From a virus (Duplodnaviria; Caudoviricetes), in IMG/VR virus record IMGVR_UViG_3300042997_002643, positions 1 to 26,514 of that record: a stretch of 26,514 nt of DNA; one strand, 5' to 3'. Under the pieces are notes generated by a model. The model was given only the letters and a program-made list of their open reading frames with translations. It made no database searches and was not told where the DNA came from. The translations under genes were made by a program, and so were the position numbers. This document shows positions 8,350-17,019 of this stretch, in pieces (the first letter of the stretch is position 1; each line of letters starts with the position of its first letter).

Positions 8350-10580
8350 GAGCCTCCCAGCATGGCGCGCGGCACCCGCGGCGCAAATTTCGTCACAGCC
8401 TCGAATGGCAGCACGAACGGCTTACCATCAGCGCCACGCATGAATTGCGGATCCTTCGACATCGGGTCGCCCATAGCGAAGCGATAGCCGCCATTGACGG
8501 CGACCGGCACCGCTGATGACAGGTCGCGCGCGGAGTAGGGCTTGCCGTCGCTGGTCTGCGGCGGGGTCGGCAGTGCTTTCAAGTCAGCATCGGTGATGCT
8601 GCCGATGACGTCCCGAAACGCTGAGGCGCGCACACCGGATGGCACCGGGACCATGCGCGAGCGACTAAACCAGCCGGTGCGATAGGAGCCGACGCCGCCA
8701 TATTGCTCGCCGTTGATGAATGTCGCGCCCGCAGCTTCCTGCAACGCACGCTGGTAGATCGTCTCGGCTTCGCCGCCGGCCGGGTCGATGTTCGCGGCAT
8801 TGATGCGCGTCTTGGCGATGGCGTCCGCCGTTGCTCTGATGCGGCCGCCATCTTCGCCCTGGGCAGCGAAAGCGGTGCCAAAGGTGTCGCGCACCACACG
8901 CCCGGCTGTTGTCGTCGGCACGCCCGGCAGATCCTTGCCGGTTTCTTGCCTTATCCGCGCCGCCTCAAATGCATCGCGCGCGGCCGACATGCTGCCACCA
9001 TTGGCAATGATGTTGCCCGCCTGGGCGAGCAGCGGCGCATCCGACGAGATCTCGCGCAGGATGGCGGGCGCATCATTGCCGGCACCCTTCACCACGGCGC
9101 CGGCCAGCTGCAGCGCTGGCGCGCCGCCGCGATCGACGATTTCCTTCAGGCGCTCTTTTTCCTCCGGTCGCAGGAATACAGGCGCCCGGGACAATTCGGT
9201 CCCGATCGCGCGCGCCTGGCCGGTCCGGTCGCGGAACTGAGCGGCGAGGGTGGCGGCGTCGCCGGTCTGGGCATATGCCTGGAAATCAAGCGGCGCGATC
9301 GCCGGCACGAGACGCTTGTTCTCGGCATAGCCGAGCTGGTCGGTGTCGATCGCCTTGCGTTGCTTTTCCAGCTGCTGCTCGGCGAACTGCACGACCTCCG
9401 CGCTGGCGCTGGTGGACCCATCCTTGTTCACCTGGGCGCGCATGCCGGAGACCAGCTTGCCCTGATCCTCGATCGACATCCGCGACATCAAGGCCGCGAC
9501 CTTCAGCTTCGCCTCGCCGGACTGCAGCAACACCGCGCCCTTCGGCGAGGTTGCGCCCGGCGCTGTCGCGAGCTGTGTCCATTCGCCGGAGGTGACGTTG
9601 AAGCCAGATGCAGCACGCTCGATATAGTCGTCGAGGTTCTTGCCGAGCTGGGTCACGCCGGTGTTGATCTCGGTGCGCTTGCTGTTTTGCAGCGCACCGA
9701 GATTGGTGTCGAGCGTGGCGTAGCCGTCTGCGCTAAGGCCCTCGAACTTTCCGGCCGCGAATTTCTTTTTGACGTTTTCGCGATAGGTCGCGATATCCTC
9801 TGGCGTCTTTAACGCTGCGGCCTGACCGAGCGCAGCTGACACAAGGGCATCATCGCGAAACTTCACCTTCAATTTCGCCCCGTGATCAGCAGACATGCTT
9901 TGATTTGCGACCTGCTCGTCGATTGCTTTGGCGTGCTCCGCAATGCTGCTTGCTACGATCTTTGCTGTGTCTGGACCGTTCGGGTCGAGCGCCGCGACCT
10001 TCGCGACCGTCGTCTGCAGCGTTGTCGTTTTTTCGATCAGCGATGCGCGGTTCTCGCTATGGGTCAGTTCCTCGAAATTGCCGAGCGCCTTGTTCTGATA
10101 CGGGATCCGCATGCGCGCGAATTGGGCGTCGAATTCGCCGCGGATCTGCGGGAACACCTTGCCGTCCGGCCCGTCCTGCACATAGCGGCCGCGCAGTTCA
10201 TCGAAAGCAGCCTTCAGGTTTTTGGGATTGTCCCGGTGCAGTTCAAACGTCGCCTGCATATCGGTGCGCATCTCGGCGTCGAGGCGATTGAGATAGGTCT
10301 TTGTCGCGGCATCGTTGAAGGCTTTGCCGCGGATGGTCAGCGATCCGTCCGGCCGGTAATGTGGATCGAGCCCGGCGACATTGCCAGCTTCCTTGCCTTC
10401 CTCCCGGGCGAGATCATCGGCGATCGCGCCAGTGGTGGCGGCCACGCGGCCGGCGGCGCTTGCCAGCTCACTCTCCGCAGATCCATCGGCGCGCGAGATC
10501 GGGATCAGTCCGTCGGGCAACAGGCCACGCGGCTTGAAGTCCTCGACGGCGACAGACCTTGCAAACTTATTGGGCATCAC
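8346..10580 (-). CDS. Internal virion (ejection) protein (744 aa)
   Basis: Long alpha-helical Ala/Gln-rich ORF following the gp14-like gene; 4-nt overlaps. Confidence 0.65.
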   Translation of the reverse strand: MMPNKFARSVAVEDFKPRGLLPDGLIPISRADGSAESELASAAGRVAATTGAIADDLAREEGKEAGNVAGLDPHYRPDGSLTIRGKAFNDAATKTYLNRLDAEMRTDMQATFELHRDNPKNLKAAFDELRGRYVQDGPDGKVFPQIRGEFDAQFARMRIPYQNKALGNFEELTHSENRASLIEKTTTLQTTVAKVAALDPNGPDTAKIVASSIAEHAKAIDEQVANQSMSADHGAKLKVKFRDDALVSAALGQAAALKTPEDIATYRENVKKKFAAGKFEGLSADGYATLDTNLGALQNSKRTEINTGVTQLGKNLDDYIERAASGFNVTSGEWTQLATAPGATSPKGAVLLQSGEAKLKVAALMSRMSIEDQGKLVSGMRAQVNKDGSTSASAEVVQFAEQQLEKQRKAIDTDQLGYAENKRLVPAIAPLDFQAYAQTGDAATLAAQFRDRTGQARAIGTELSRAPVFLRPEEKERLKEIVDRGGAPALQLAGAVVKGAGNDAPAILREISSDAPLLAQAGNIIANGGSMSAARDAFEAARIRQETGKDLPGVPTTTAGRVVRDTFGTAFAAQGEDGGRIRATADAIAKTRINAANIDPAGGEAETIYQRALQEAAGATFINGEQYGGVGSYRTGWFSRSRMVPVPSGVRASAFRDVIGSITDADLKALPTPPQTSDGKPYSARDLSSAVPVAVNGGYRFAMGDPMSKDPQFMRGADGKPFVLPFEAVTKFAPRVPRAMLGGS

Positions 10581-11179
10581 CCCCTCCGAGCGAGTTTCGC
10601 GCCACCTTCGAGGGCAAGCGCCGCAGCCGTGCCGAGGCCGGCTGCACTGGCGCCGGCGGCCTGGGCGCGGTAGTTGGCCGCACGCTCACGCAAGCGCGCG
10701 ATGCGGAAATCCTGCGTGTCGGCATCGATCGACAGCGCGCGGTCGGCATCTTTCTGCGCCTGCGCGCGCGCGGCTGCCGGCGTGCCGAACGACAGGTCGA
10801 CACCAGATGCCGCCGCAGCCACGTCGCGGTCGCCGATCGCCTGCGTCAGCGCGGCCTTGATGGAATTGCGCCGATCGGTGCCCTGGACGGTTTCGAGCTG
10901 CGCGGAGACGTCCGCGTCGGCGGCCTGCATCGTCAGTGCCTGCGCCTTGGCTTCGCCGGCGCGCTGGGCGTTCAAAACCGACAGAACTGTGGCGCCGCCG
11001 GATAGCACGCTCGCAACCGTCGACATGCCGCCGATCGCGCTCAGAAAGCCGCCACTTGCAGCTGCGGTACCGGCCGCACCTGCAGCCGCCGTTCCTGCCG
11101 CCGCTGTTCCTGCAGCCGCCGCGCCCGCGCCACCGATCGACGAGGCGAGGGAGCCGATCGCTGCGATTGCCATTTCCAT
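10577..11179 (-). CDS. Small internal virion protein, T7 gp14-like (200 aa)
   Basis: Start reassigned to ATG 11179 with SD GAGG; Ala/Gly-rich N-terminus; AAAASGVDLSFGTP motif typical of this family; follows the nozzle gene. Confidence 0.7.
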   Translation of the reverse strand: MEMAIAAIGSLASSIGGAGAAAAGTAAAGTAAAGAAGTAAASGGFLSAIGGMSTVASVLSGGATVLSVLNAQRAGEAKAQALTMQAADADVSAQLETVQGTDRRNSIKAALTQAIGDRDVAAAASGVDLSFGTPAAARAQAQKDADRALSIDADTQDFRIARLRERAANYRAQAAGASAAGLGTAAALALEGGAKLARRG

Positions 11180-11180
11180 C

Positions 11181-13640
11181 TCAAGTCCTCGCTTCGATGG
11201 TGATGCCGCGCCATGCCAGGAGACCGGGGCGGGTCTGGGTGATGCGAACTTGCCCGGCATCGGAGAAACCGCGCAGGCCGGTGACCGGCACTGTGCGATT
11301 GACCGGCGCCTGCGGTGCATTGAGCGGGTCGCCCGCGCGCGCCAATGCAACCTCTTTCGGCGCGAGGCCGTTGGCGCCGACAGCGACGGACGTGGTGTCG
11401 ATCAGGTCGAGCTTGACGGTATGAACGCGCTTGGGTCGGCGAAGCACGACGCGCTCACTCACTTCCGACGGCAGCGGCAAGGTGTCCGCGATCGGCGGCG
11501 TCCATCGGCCGACGCTCACTTGCGTCGCGGACGTGGCGATGTCGATCGCTCCGCCCGCAACCGTGAAGGGCCCCTCGACATATCCATCGGCGACCGCCCA
11601 CACCGCGGCACCTTCATGTGCACCAAGCCCGGTGATGTGCGAGGTCGGAACCGGAAATGTCTGCTTGACCACATCGTCAAGGATTTCACCGAGCGCCATG
11701 CGCTCCAGATGCATTTCCTGCACGCCGCCGACGGTCCGCTCGACGAGCAGGTAAGCATTGTTCTTCCCATTCACCGCAGCGCTGCGCACCAGCCCGGCGG
11801 TTTCCCAGCGCGTGAAGCCCGTCACATTCTCGCCGCGCAGCATCGTGCCGAGCGTCATCGTGCCGTCGATGCGGGGCAGCAGCAGGCGTCCGGCGTCGGT
11901 CGCCGTCGATGCGCGCTGCATTGCCATCCCGGTCACGTTGCTTGCGATGTGCGATGCCAGCAGGGAGATCGGCGCCGAGACATAGGCTGCCGACACATCG
12001 TCATAAGTAGCCGCGTAGATCAGGGCATTGTTGCGCGAGACGTAGAGCAGCGCGCCCTCGTTCTCGACCGCACCGATGCCGGCCAGCGATCCGTTGCGCG
12101 ACGAATTGACGATCGTGGGGATTGTCGTTTTCGAGAGGGCGCGATCGCTCACATAGTATTCGGCGTCTGACGTGAAGATCACGAGATGGCGAGCACGCGC
12201 CATGGCGATGATCCGCTCGGCGCCATCGGTGTCGAGGTTGGTGAGGATGGCGCCCGACGCCGCCACCTGCAGAATATTGCAGTTGAAGTAGTCTCCGGTC
12301 ACGCTGGCGAGCAGGGCTCCGCGCTTCGACCGGAAACCACCAGTCACCAGGCGGTCCTGATAGAATAGCCCGCAGGCCGCGTAGCCCTGCGACGGGCCAA
12401 AGAGGTTCTCGCCGCCTGGGCGGCCGGTGACCTGATGCGACACCGTTGCAGCTGCGTTCGACGTGTTGACCACCTGCGCACTAAACGTCATCACCGAACC
12501 GAGATTGTCATCTCCGGTGAAGGTGATGGTGACGGTGCAGGTGTTGGCGCCGCCACCGCCGGCATTGTCGGATATCACGTCGATGCCGGGCCCAATGGAG
12601 GGCAGCCCCTCGATCGCAGCCTTCAGCGCCGCGCAGAAGCCTGGCCAATCCGCAGCGCTGCTGGTGCCGCCGACGCCAATGCCGCCGGTTTCTTCGCCGT
12701 TGACCGTGAAGTTGAGCAGAAGGCCGGCGCCGCGCTGGAAGTCGCCTTCCTCCATGGGGAAGCGGATATAGACCTGCCACACATCGGCGACCTGATTTGT
12801 GTAGACGCCGCCGAGGTCGACTTGCGGATATTCCGTGAACGGCAGGATGTCGAACACCCAGCTATCGTCCGCGCCATCACGGGTGATCCTGCAGGACGGC
12901 ACGTTCTCGTGAAATAATGTGAGCGTGTCGAAGCGCTGCTGGAAGGTGGCGGCTGCAATGTAATTCGACGAGACGCCTGAGATCGAGCCGCCGACCCAGA
13001 CGTCATCGCGGTAGAAGTCGATGAAGTTATGCGTAAGAACGGCCTCATAGGTCTGCTCGATCGAGAAGGTGAAGGGGATTACCCGCCCGACCAGGCTGCT
13101 GCCCACCTCGGAAAACCCGAACATGTTTTCGATGAAGAAATCTGTCGGCGCCGGCGGCGCGCTGAGTAGCTGCAGGCGCACCATGCGCGTGGTGACAGGG
13201 ACGCGCGGCGGCCGCGCGGCCGATCGCGTCTTCGCGACGGATCCCGCGCCGAAGGCACTCCCCATCGGGATCCACACGCCGTCGACGAGATATTGCAGCT
13301 GCAGGATCTTGCCCAATTCTCGACTGGCCTTGATGCTGCTTACCACCGCAACCGTCAGGGCTTTCGGCGAGCCGAAGTCGACAAGCGCCAGTGTCCCGGC
13401 AACAGCGACGCCCGCAGGCGAAGCGCTGACCAATGGCGTCAGCGTATTCAGGCCGCCACGGATCCGCGACACATGCACGGTCCGGGGCGACAAACGAGAT
13501 CCACCTTGCGCGACCGGCTCGATGTTGCGGCCATAGGCAAGCCCCGCGTAGAACTGTTTCAGATCCGTGCGGCCATGCAGTTCGGGCTTCAATTCCCCCG
13601 CATTATTCGATGCCAGATATGTGCCGGGCCGAGCGACCAT
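11181..13640 (-). CDS. Tail tubular protein B / nozzle (819 aa)
   Basis: NNAGELKPELHGRTDL..FYAGL..GRNIEP..QGG N-terminus, FYQDRLV, SVTGDYFN, HLVIFTSDAEY and VTGFTRWET motifs of podovirus nozzle beta-propellers. Confidence 0.85.
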   Translation of the reverse strand: MVARPGTYLASNNAGELKPELHGRTDLKQFYAGLAYGRNIEPVAQGGSRLSPRTVHVSRIRGGLNTLTPLVSASPAGVAVAGTLALVDFGSPKALTVAVVSSIKASRELGKILQLQYLVDGVWIPMGSAFGAGSVAKTRSAARPPRVPVTTRMVRLQLLSAPPAPTDFFIENMFGFSEVGSSLVGRVIPFTFSIEQTYEAVLTHNFIDFYRDDVWVGGSISGVSSNYIAAATFQQRFDTLTLFHENVPSCRITRDGADDSWVFDILPFTEYPQVDLGGVYTNQVADVWQVYIRFPMEEGDFQRGAGLLLNFTVNGEETGGIGVGGTSSAADWPGFCAALKAAIEGLPSIGPGIDVISDNAGGGGANTCTVTITFTGDDNLGSVMTFSAQVVNTSNAAATVSHQVTGRPGGENLFGPSQGYAACGLFYQDRLVTGGFRSKRGALLASVTGDYFNCNILQVAASGAILTNLDTDGAERIIAMARARHLVIFTSDAEYYVSDRALSKTTIPTIVNSSRNGSLAGIGAVENEGALLYVSRNNALIYAATYDDVSAAYVSAPISLLASHIASNVTGMAMQRASTATDAGRLLLPRIDGTMTLGTMLRGENVTGFTRWETAGLVRSAAVNGKNNAYLLVERTVGGVQEMHLERMALGEILDDVVKQTFPVPTSHITGLGAHEGAAVWAVADGYVEGPFTVAGGAIDIATSATQVSVGRWTPPIADTLPLPSEVSERVVLRRPKRVHTVKLDLIDTTSVAVGANGLAPKEVALARAGDPLNAPQAPVNRTVPVTGLRGFSDAGQVRITQTRPGLLAWRGITIEART

Positions 13641-14294
13641 TTACATGAACCGCGCATCGGTGAGGGGCGTGTTGTGCAGGGGCGCCTTGGCCGGCGCCGA
13701 CGCGGCATCGGCAGCGATCGCGCGGCCGATGAGACCACCGCGGCCTTGCTCGCTCGGCGATCCTTCACCTTGCTGGAAGAGTGCTTCAGCCAGTCGCTGG
13801 TCATGGGTGACCGGGATGCAAAGATCAGCTGCGACGAGACATGTCAGCGCCAGGCGGAAGTCGGGGCGCCACACGATCGGATCTGGCCGGACGGTGACGG
13901 TCGCCCAAAGCTCATCACGATCCGCGTAGAGATTGCCGCCCTCGATCAGGAAGTCGCGGAAGGGGTAGTCAGGCCTGCGCGGATTGTCGAGGACACGGCG
14001 CGGCTCACCGACCCGGTTGCCTGGCAACGCAAAACCGTAGCGCCAGCCGTTCATGAATTTGGTGTCGGCGGTGACATAGCCGTTCTCGACGGTCTCGCCG
14101 ACCCGATCGAGCTTGTATGTCTTGCCGGCGAACGTCCAGCCATACATCGCAAGGACGGCATCCAGCCGGTCATAATAGACCGGCACGGTCTGAGCGGCGA
14201 GATCGGTATCCTCATCCTCAGCCATGATCGAACCCGCCGCGATGCGCGACAGGGCGTTGTTCATGATTTTCAAGTGATCGATCACATCGGGCAT
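13641..14294 (-). CDS. Tail tubular protein A / adaptor (217 aa)
   Basis: Start reassigned to ATG 14294. IMNNALSRIAA, Y...LDAVLAMYGWTFA, WRYGFALP and F.IEGGNLYAD motifs. Confidence 0.85.
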   Translation of the reverse strand: MPDVIDHLKIMNNALSRIAAGSIMAEDEDTDLAAQTVPVYYDRLDAVLAMYGWTFAGKTYKLDRVGETVENGYVTADTKFMNGWRYGFALPGNRVGEPRRVLDNPRRPDYPFRDFLIEGGNLYADRDELWATVTVRPDPIVWRPDFRLALTCLVAADLCIPVTHDQRLAEALFQQGEGSPSEQGRGGLIGRAIAADAASAPAKAPLHNTPLTDARFM

Positions 14295-14305
14295 GCGACA
14301 CCGCC

Positions 14306-14350
14306 AAAAAAAAGCGGCGGGGCGGAAGACCGTGATGTCAACGCCCCGCC
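14306..14350 (-). terminator. Rho-independent terminator after the capsid genes (position analogous to T7 T-phi)
   Basis: Minus strand GGCGGGGCG-N17-CGCCCCGCC-GC-TTTTTTTT. Confidence 0.8.
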
Positions 14351-14370
14351 AGTCGAGACCTTCGGGAGGA

Positions 14371-14640
14371 TTAGGTGAAGGTCGCGGCCGCCGTCGTGAC
14401 CGTCGCCGCGCCGGACGCCGAGGTGACGACAAGATGCGTGGTGGTCGGCGTGCCGCCATTGACGCAGGAGCAGAGGATCTGGTCACCCTTGCGCAGCGTC
14501 TTGGTCGCACCGTTGAAGTAGCCGGACGCGAGCACCTGGGTGACCGTGTCGTTGGTGGCGTAGAGAAACGCCGATTTGCTTTCGCCCGCGGAGAACGGAA
14601 CGGAGGCGAAGCGCATCAGGCTTTGAGCATCGAGAGCCAT
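14371..14640 (-). CDS. Small capsid-associated / decoration-like protein (89 aa)
   Basis: SD AAGGAA; directly after the major capsid gene and before the terminator; YATNDTVTQVLASGYFN..LRKGDQI motif common in this phage group. Confidence 0.65.
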   Translation of the reverse strand: MALDAQSLMRFASVPFSAGESKSAFLYATNDTVTQVLASGYFNGATKTLRKGDQILCSCVNGGTPTTTHLVVTSASGAATVTTAAATFT

Positions 14641-14674
14641 GGTGATGGTTCCTTGTTGACGGATCGAGCGAAGG

Positions 14675-14697
14675 CGCGCCGGGAAGATCCCGGCGCG
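14675..14697. repeat. Perfect GC hairpin after the major capsid stop, without a U-tract
   Basis: CGCGCCGGGA-AGA-TCCCGGCGCG. Confidence 0.7.
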
Positions 14698-14703
14698 TGG
14701 TCA

Positions 14704-15561
14704 TCAGTTGATGGTGAGAGCCTGATTGAGGTTGATGCGGAGGCGGCGCACGCCGGCCGTCTGCAGAACCTTTGCGGCGCCGGACATCACGGTGTTGTAG
14801 ACCCACGCGGTGATCAGGTTTTCGTAGGTGATCTTGCTGTTCATCGCGAAGTTGGAGCCGAAGCCGACCGTCTTCTTGTTCCAGAGATAGGTGTCGACCT
14901 GATTGGTGCTCGGCGAGGTGAACATCTCGTCGGGCGCCTGGAACACGTTGATGCCGTTCCAGAGCACGCTTTCCGTCTTGCCCTTGAACAGCTGCTGCTC
15001 GCCGGTGTAGTCGCGATTGTTGAACACCTTGTAGAGCTTGAGCTGTTCCCAGGCCATGGACGGCACCGGCAGGAAGAATTCATTCATCGACATCATGCCG
15101 ATCGAATTGATCTGCCCCTTGGCGGTGTTGGTCTGGATCGGGGTGATTGCCGCCGAGCCGTCGCCGATGGTCGTGATGTTGCCGGCTTCCGCATCCATCG
15201 CTTCCATGATGATGCGGTCGAACTTGCGGCCGAGCGCGTAAGCGCCTGCCTCCTGGATCTTGCCGCGGTATTCCGGCGAGATCTTTTCGGGCTCGCCGTG
15301 GCGGACTTCCTCGTAGAACTGCCAATCCGTCATATCGACGTCTTTGGTGGTCTTCGCGAGGTTGGCTGCCTTGGGACGCTCCGGCGTCGGGCCAAAGGGC
15401 TGAGCCTCACCGCGACCGATGAAGAAGAACTTCAGCGTTTTGCCGTGGACTTCGACAGGAGCGTCGGTCGTCCCGCGCAGCAGAAAGCCTTCGGACTGCA
15501 GGAGGTGAGAGACCTTGTGATCGTATTGAGTGGTGTACCAGTTGGGAGCTTCAATGCTCAT
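14704..15561 (-). CDS. Major capsid protein (285 aa)
   Basis: Start at ATG 15561 (MSIEAPNWYTTQY..V.HLLQ..G.LLRGT); AGAYALGRKFDRII.EA and MSGAAKVL..AGV motifs; biased codon usage; tandem TGA TGA stops. Confidence 0.9.
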   Translation of the reverse strand: MSIEAPNWYTTQYDHKVSHLLQSEGFLLRGTTDAPVEVHGKTLKFFFIGRGEAQPFGPTPERPKAANLAKTTKDVDMTDWQFYEEVRHGEPEKISPEYRGKIQEAGAYALGRKFDRIIMEAMDAEAGNITTIGDGSAAITPIQTNTAKGQINSIGMMSMNEFFLPVPSMAWEQLKLYKVFNNRDYTGEQQLFKGKTESVLWNGINVFQAPDEMFTSPSTNQVDTYLWNKKTVGFGSNFAMNSKITYENLITAWVYNTVMSGAAKVLQTAGVRRLRINLNQALTIN

Positions 15562-15685
15562 GGCGTCCAGATCCTGATGAGGGTTCACAAACCCCGCTAT
15601 CGGCCGAGTGCCACGCCGCCGATCAGGTCCGGGAATGCCGGAGGGCCAAAGGCGATCGCGGGTCTATCCCTCGCGGTTCGCCGTC

Positions 15686-15715
15686 AATCTGGATGAGCGC
15701 CAACGGTGTTAACTC
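15686..15715 (-). promoter_or_regulatory. Putative late promoter for the major capsid gene
   Basis: GAGTTAACACCG at 15704-15715; TTAACA-N15-CAGATT; intergenic. Confidence 0.72.
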
Positions 15716-15733
15716 GTCGCCGGCGCGGCGCCG

Positions 15734-16696
15734 TTACGGTGCGTAGCCGACCATGCGCTTGATCAATCGCCGGTTGAGCGATGTGGGGATCGTGTATTGC
15801 GCAGCGGTGTTGATGCCGGTCACGATCTGCTGGCTGTCATCGTCGAAGGTAAAGACGATCCGGCTCACGCCGGTACGCTGGACGGTGATCGCGTTTGCCG
15901 CGCGGGAGGCCGCCGATGCGCCGGATAGCATGGGCGAGCTGGGAGCCGGCGCCTGCTCGTTCTGCGCCAGCCACAGCGCAACGGATCGGGCGCCGGATGG
16001 ATTGTAAGTCGGCAGCCGTGCCGCACTATCTGCGTTGTCGAGCAAAGCGAAGACAACAGGCCGCGCCGACGTCGTCGCAATAGCCGACACCGTCGCTGAG
16101 ATCAGACACCAGCCATTGCCTAGCAGACGGGCAGATGTCGACAGATTGCCGGAATTGCTACCGACCGCCCCTGTCGCGATGTTGAAATTTGCATAGGCCG
16201 GCGAGACGGCACCTGGCCATGCGATCTGCACCCAATTTGTCGTCTTGGGCTTGACGATGAAACTTTGCGTATAGGGCAGGCCGACCGTGTAGCTGATTGC
16301 CGTGGTCTGCTGCACGGCAGGACAGGTGGCCATGCCGATCACGTCGATCAGCGTATCGGCGGTTGCCGCGCCATCGGGGCCCGCGTCCGTATTTGCCATG
16401 ACGGTGATCGCGGCCTTCGACCACGTCATATCCTCGATCGCCTGCGAGAGCACACAAGCATTACTGCCGGCAGCCTCGACCTGCAGGAAATCGGTGAGCG
16501 GCAACACGCCGGAGGCCTTCTTGACATAAAGCCCGGCGGAGGTCTGCACGTACTGATCCGATGCCCGGCTATCGACCAGCTCCTGATCAAAGGCGCGCGG
16601 CGACGCCGACCCCGCTGCAAAGTTGAGATCGAAGAGTGGCGGAACCGCGCGCCCTCGATTGGCGCGCGAAACCGGGTTAATACCGAGATTGAGCAT
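15734..16696 (-). CDS. Head spike fibre protein, RcGTA GhsB/Rcc01080-like (320 aa)
   Basis: Start at ATG 16696 (TAATG overlap). MLNLGI..., LQVEAAGSN, WSK...ANTDAGPDG..TADTL, NFNIATGAVG, GNGWCLIS and LWLAQNE....SSPM....SRAA follow the GhsB pattern as I recall it. Confidence 0.72.
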   Translation of the reverse strand: MLNLGINPVSRANRGRAVPPLFDLNFAAGSASPRAFDQELVDSRASDQYVQTSAGLYVKKASGVLPLTDFLQVEAAGSNACVLSQAIEDMTWSKAAITVMANTDAGPDGAATADTLIDVIGMATCPAVQQTTAISYTVGLPYTQSFIVKPKTTNWVQIAWPGAVSPAYANFNIATGAVGSNSGNLSTSARLLGNGWCLISATVSAIATTSARPVVFALLDNADSAARLPTYNPSGARSVALWLAQNEQAPAPSSPMLSGASAASRAANAITVQRTGVSRIVFTFDDDSQQIVTGINTAAQYTIPTSLNRRLIKRMVGYAP

Positions 16697-17004
16697 TACG
16701 CCCCCAATGGAACGCCATGGATGACGCAAGTGCCGGCCGAGCCAGTCGCCCAGACGCGGCGGGTCCAGATCGGCTCCCAGCTCACGCCGGCCGGCACGGT
16801 GATGGTCACAGCGTCGGCATCGACGGCAGGCGTGGCGCCATCGCTTTTGAATGCGGGAGTGATTTTCAGGGTCACCTCCGCTGTGCAGGTGATGCGCAAT
16901 GCGCGCACCACGGTTGGCAGATCCGCGTCGGCCTTGTTCACCAGAACGAGGCCGCGTGCCGGCGCCGAGGCGCGCGCGGCGTTTTCCGAACTGCTGTAGC
17001 TCAT
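16696..17004 (-). CDS. Head spike base protein, RcGTA GhsA/Rcc01079-like (102 aa)
   Basis: SAPAR......DADLPTVVRALRI...VTITVPAG..PIWTRRVWATGS matches the spike-base pattern (PA....P.D..DL...RAL...PAG..PIRV.RV.ATGT); SD GGGAG. Confidence 0.75.
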   Translation of the reverse strand: MSYSSSENAARASAPARGLVLVNKADADLPTVVRALRITCTAEVTLKITPAFKSDGATPAVDADAVTITVPAGVSWEPIWTRRVWATGSAGTCVIHGVPLGA

Positions 17005-17019
17005 CGCGAGGATCTCCCG

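Noticed and set aside
11058-11135. AAAGT tandem peptide repeat in the gp14-like protein
   Set aside because: Ordinary low-complexity segment for this family with degenerate codons, so not a DNA-level variable repeat
14335-14341. Perfect TTGACA in the terminator loop as a sigma70 -35
   Set aside because: No plausible -10 hexamer 16-18 nt downstream
14640-14760. T7 10A/10B-type capsid frameshift or readthrough
   Set aside because: No slippery heptamer near the end, tandem TGA TGA stops, and the next gene has its own SD
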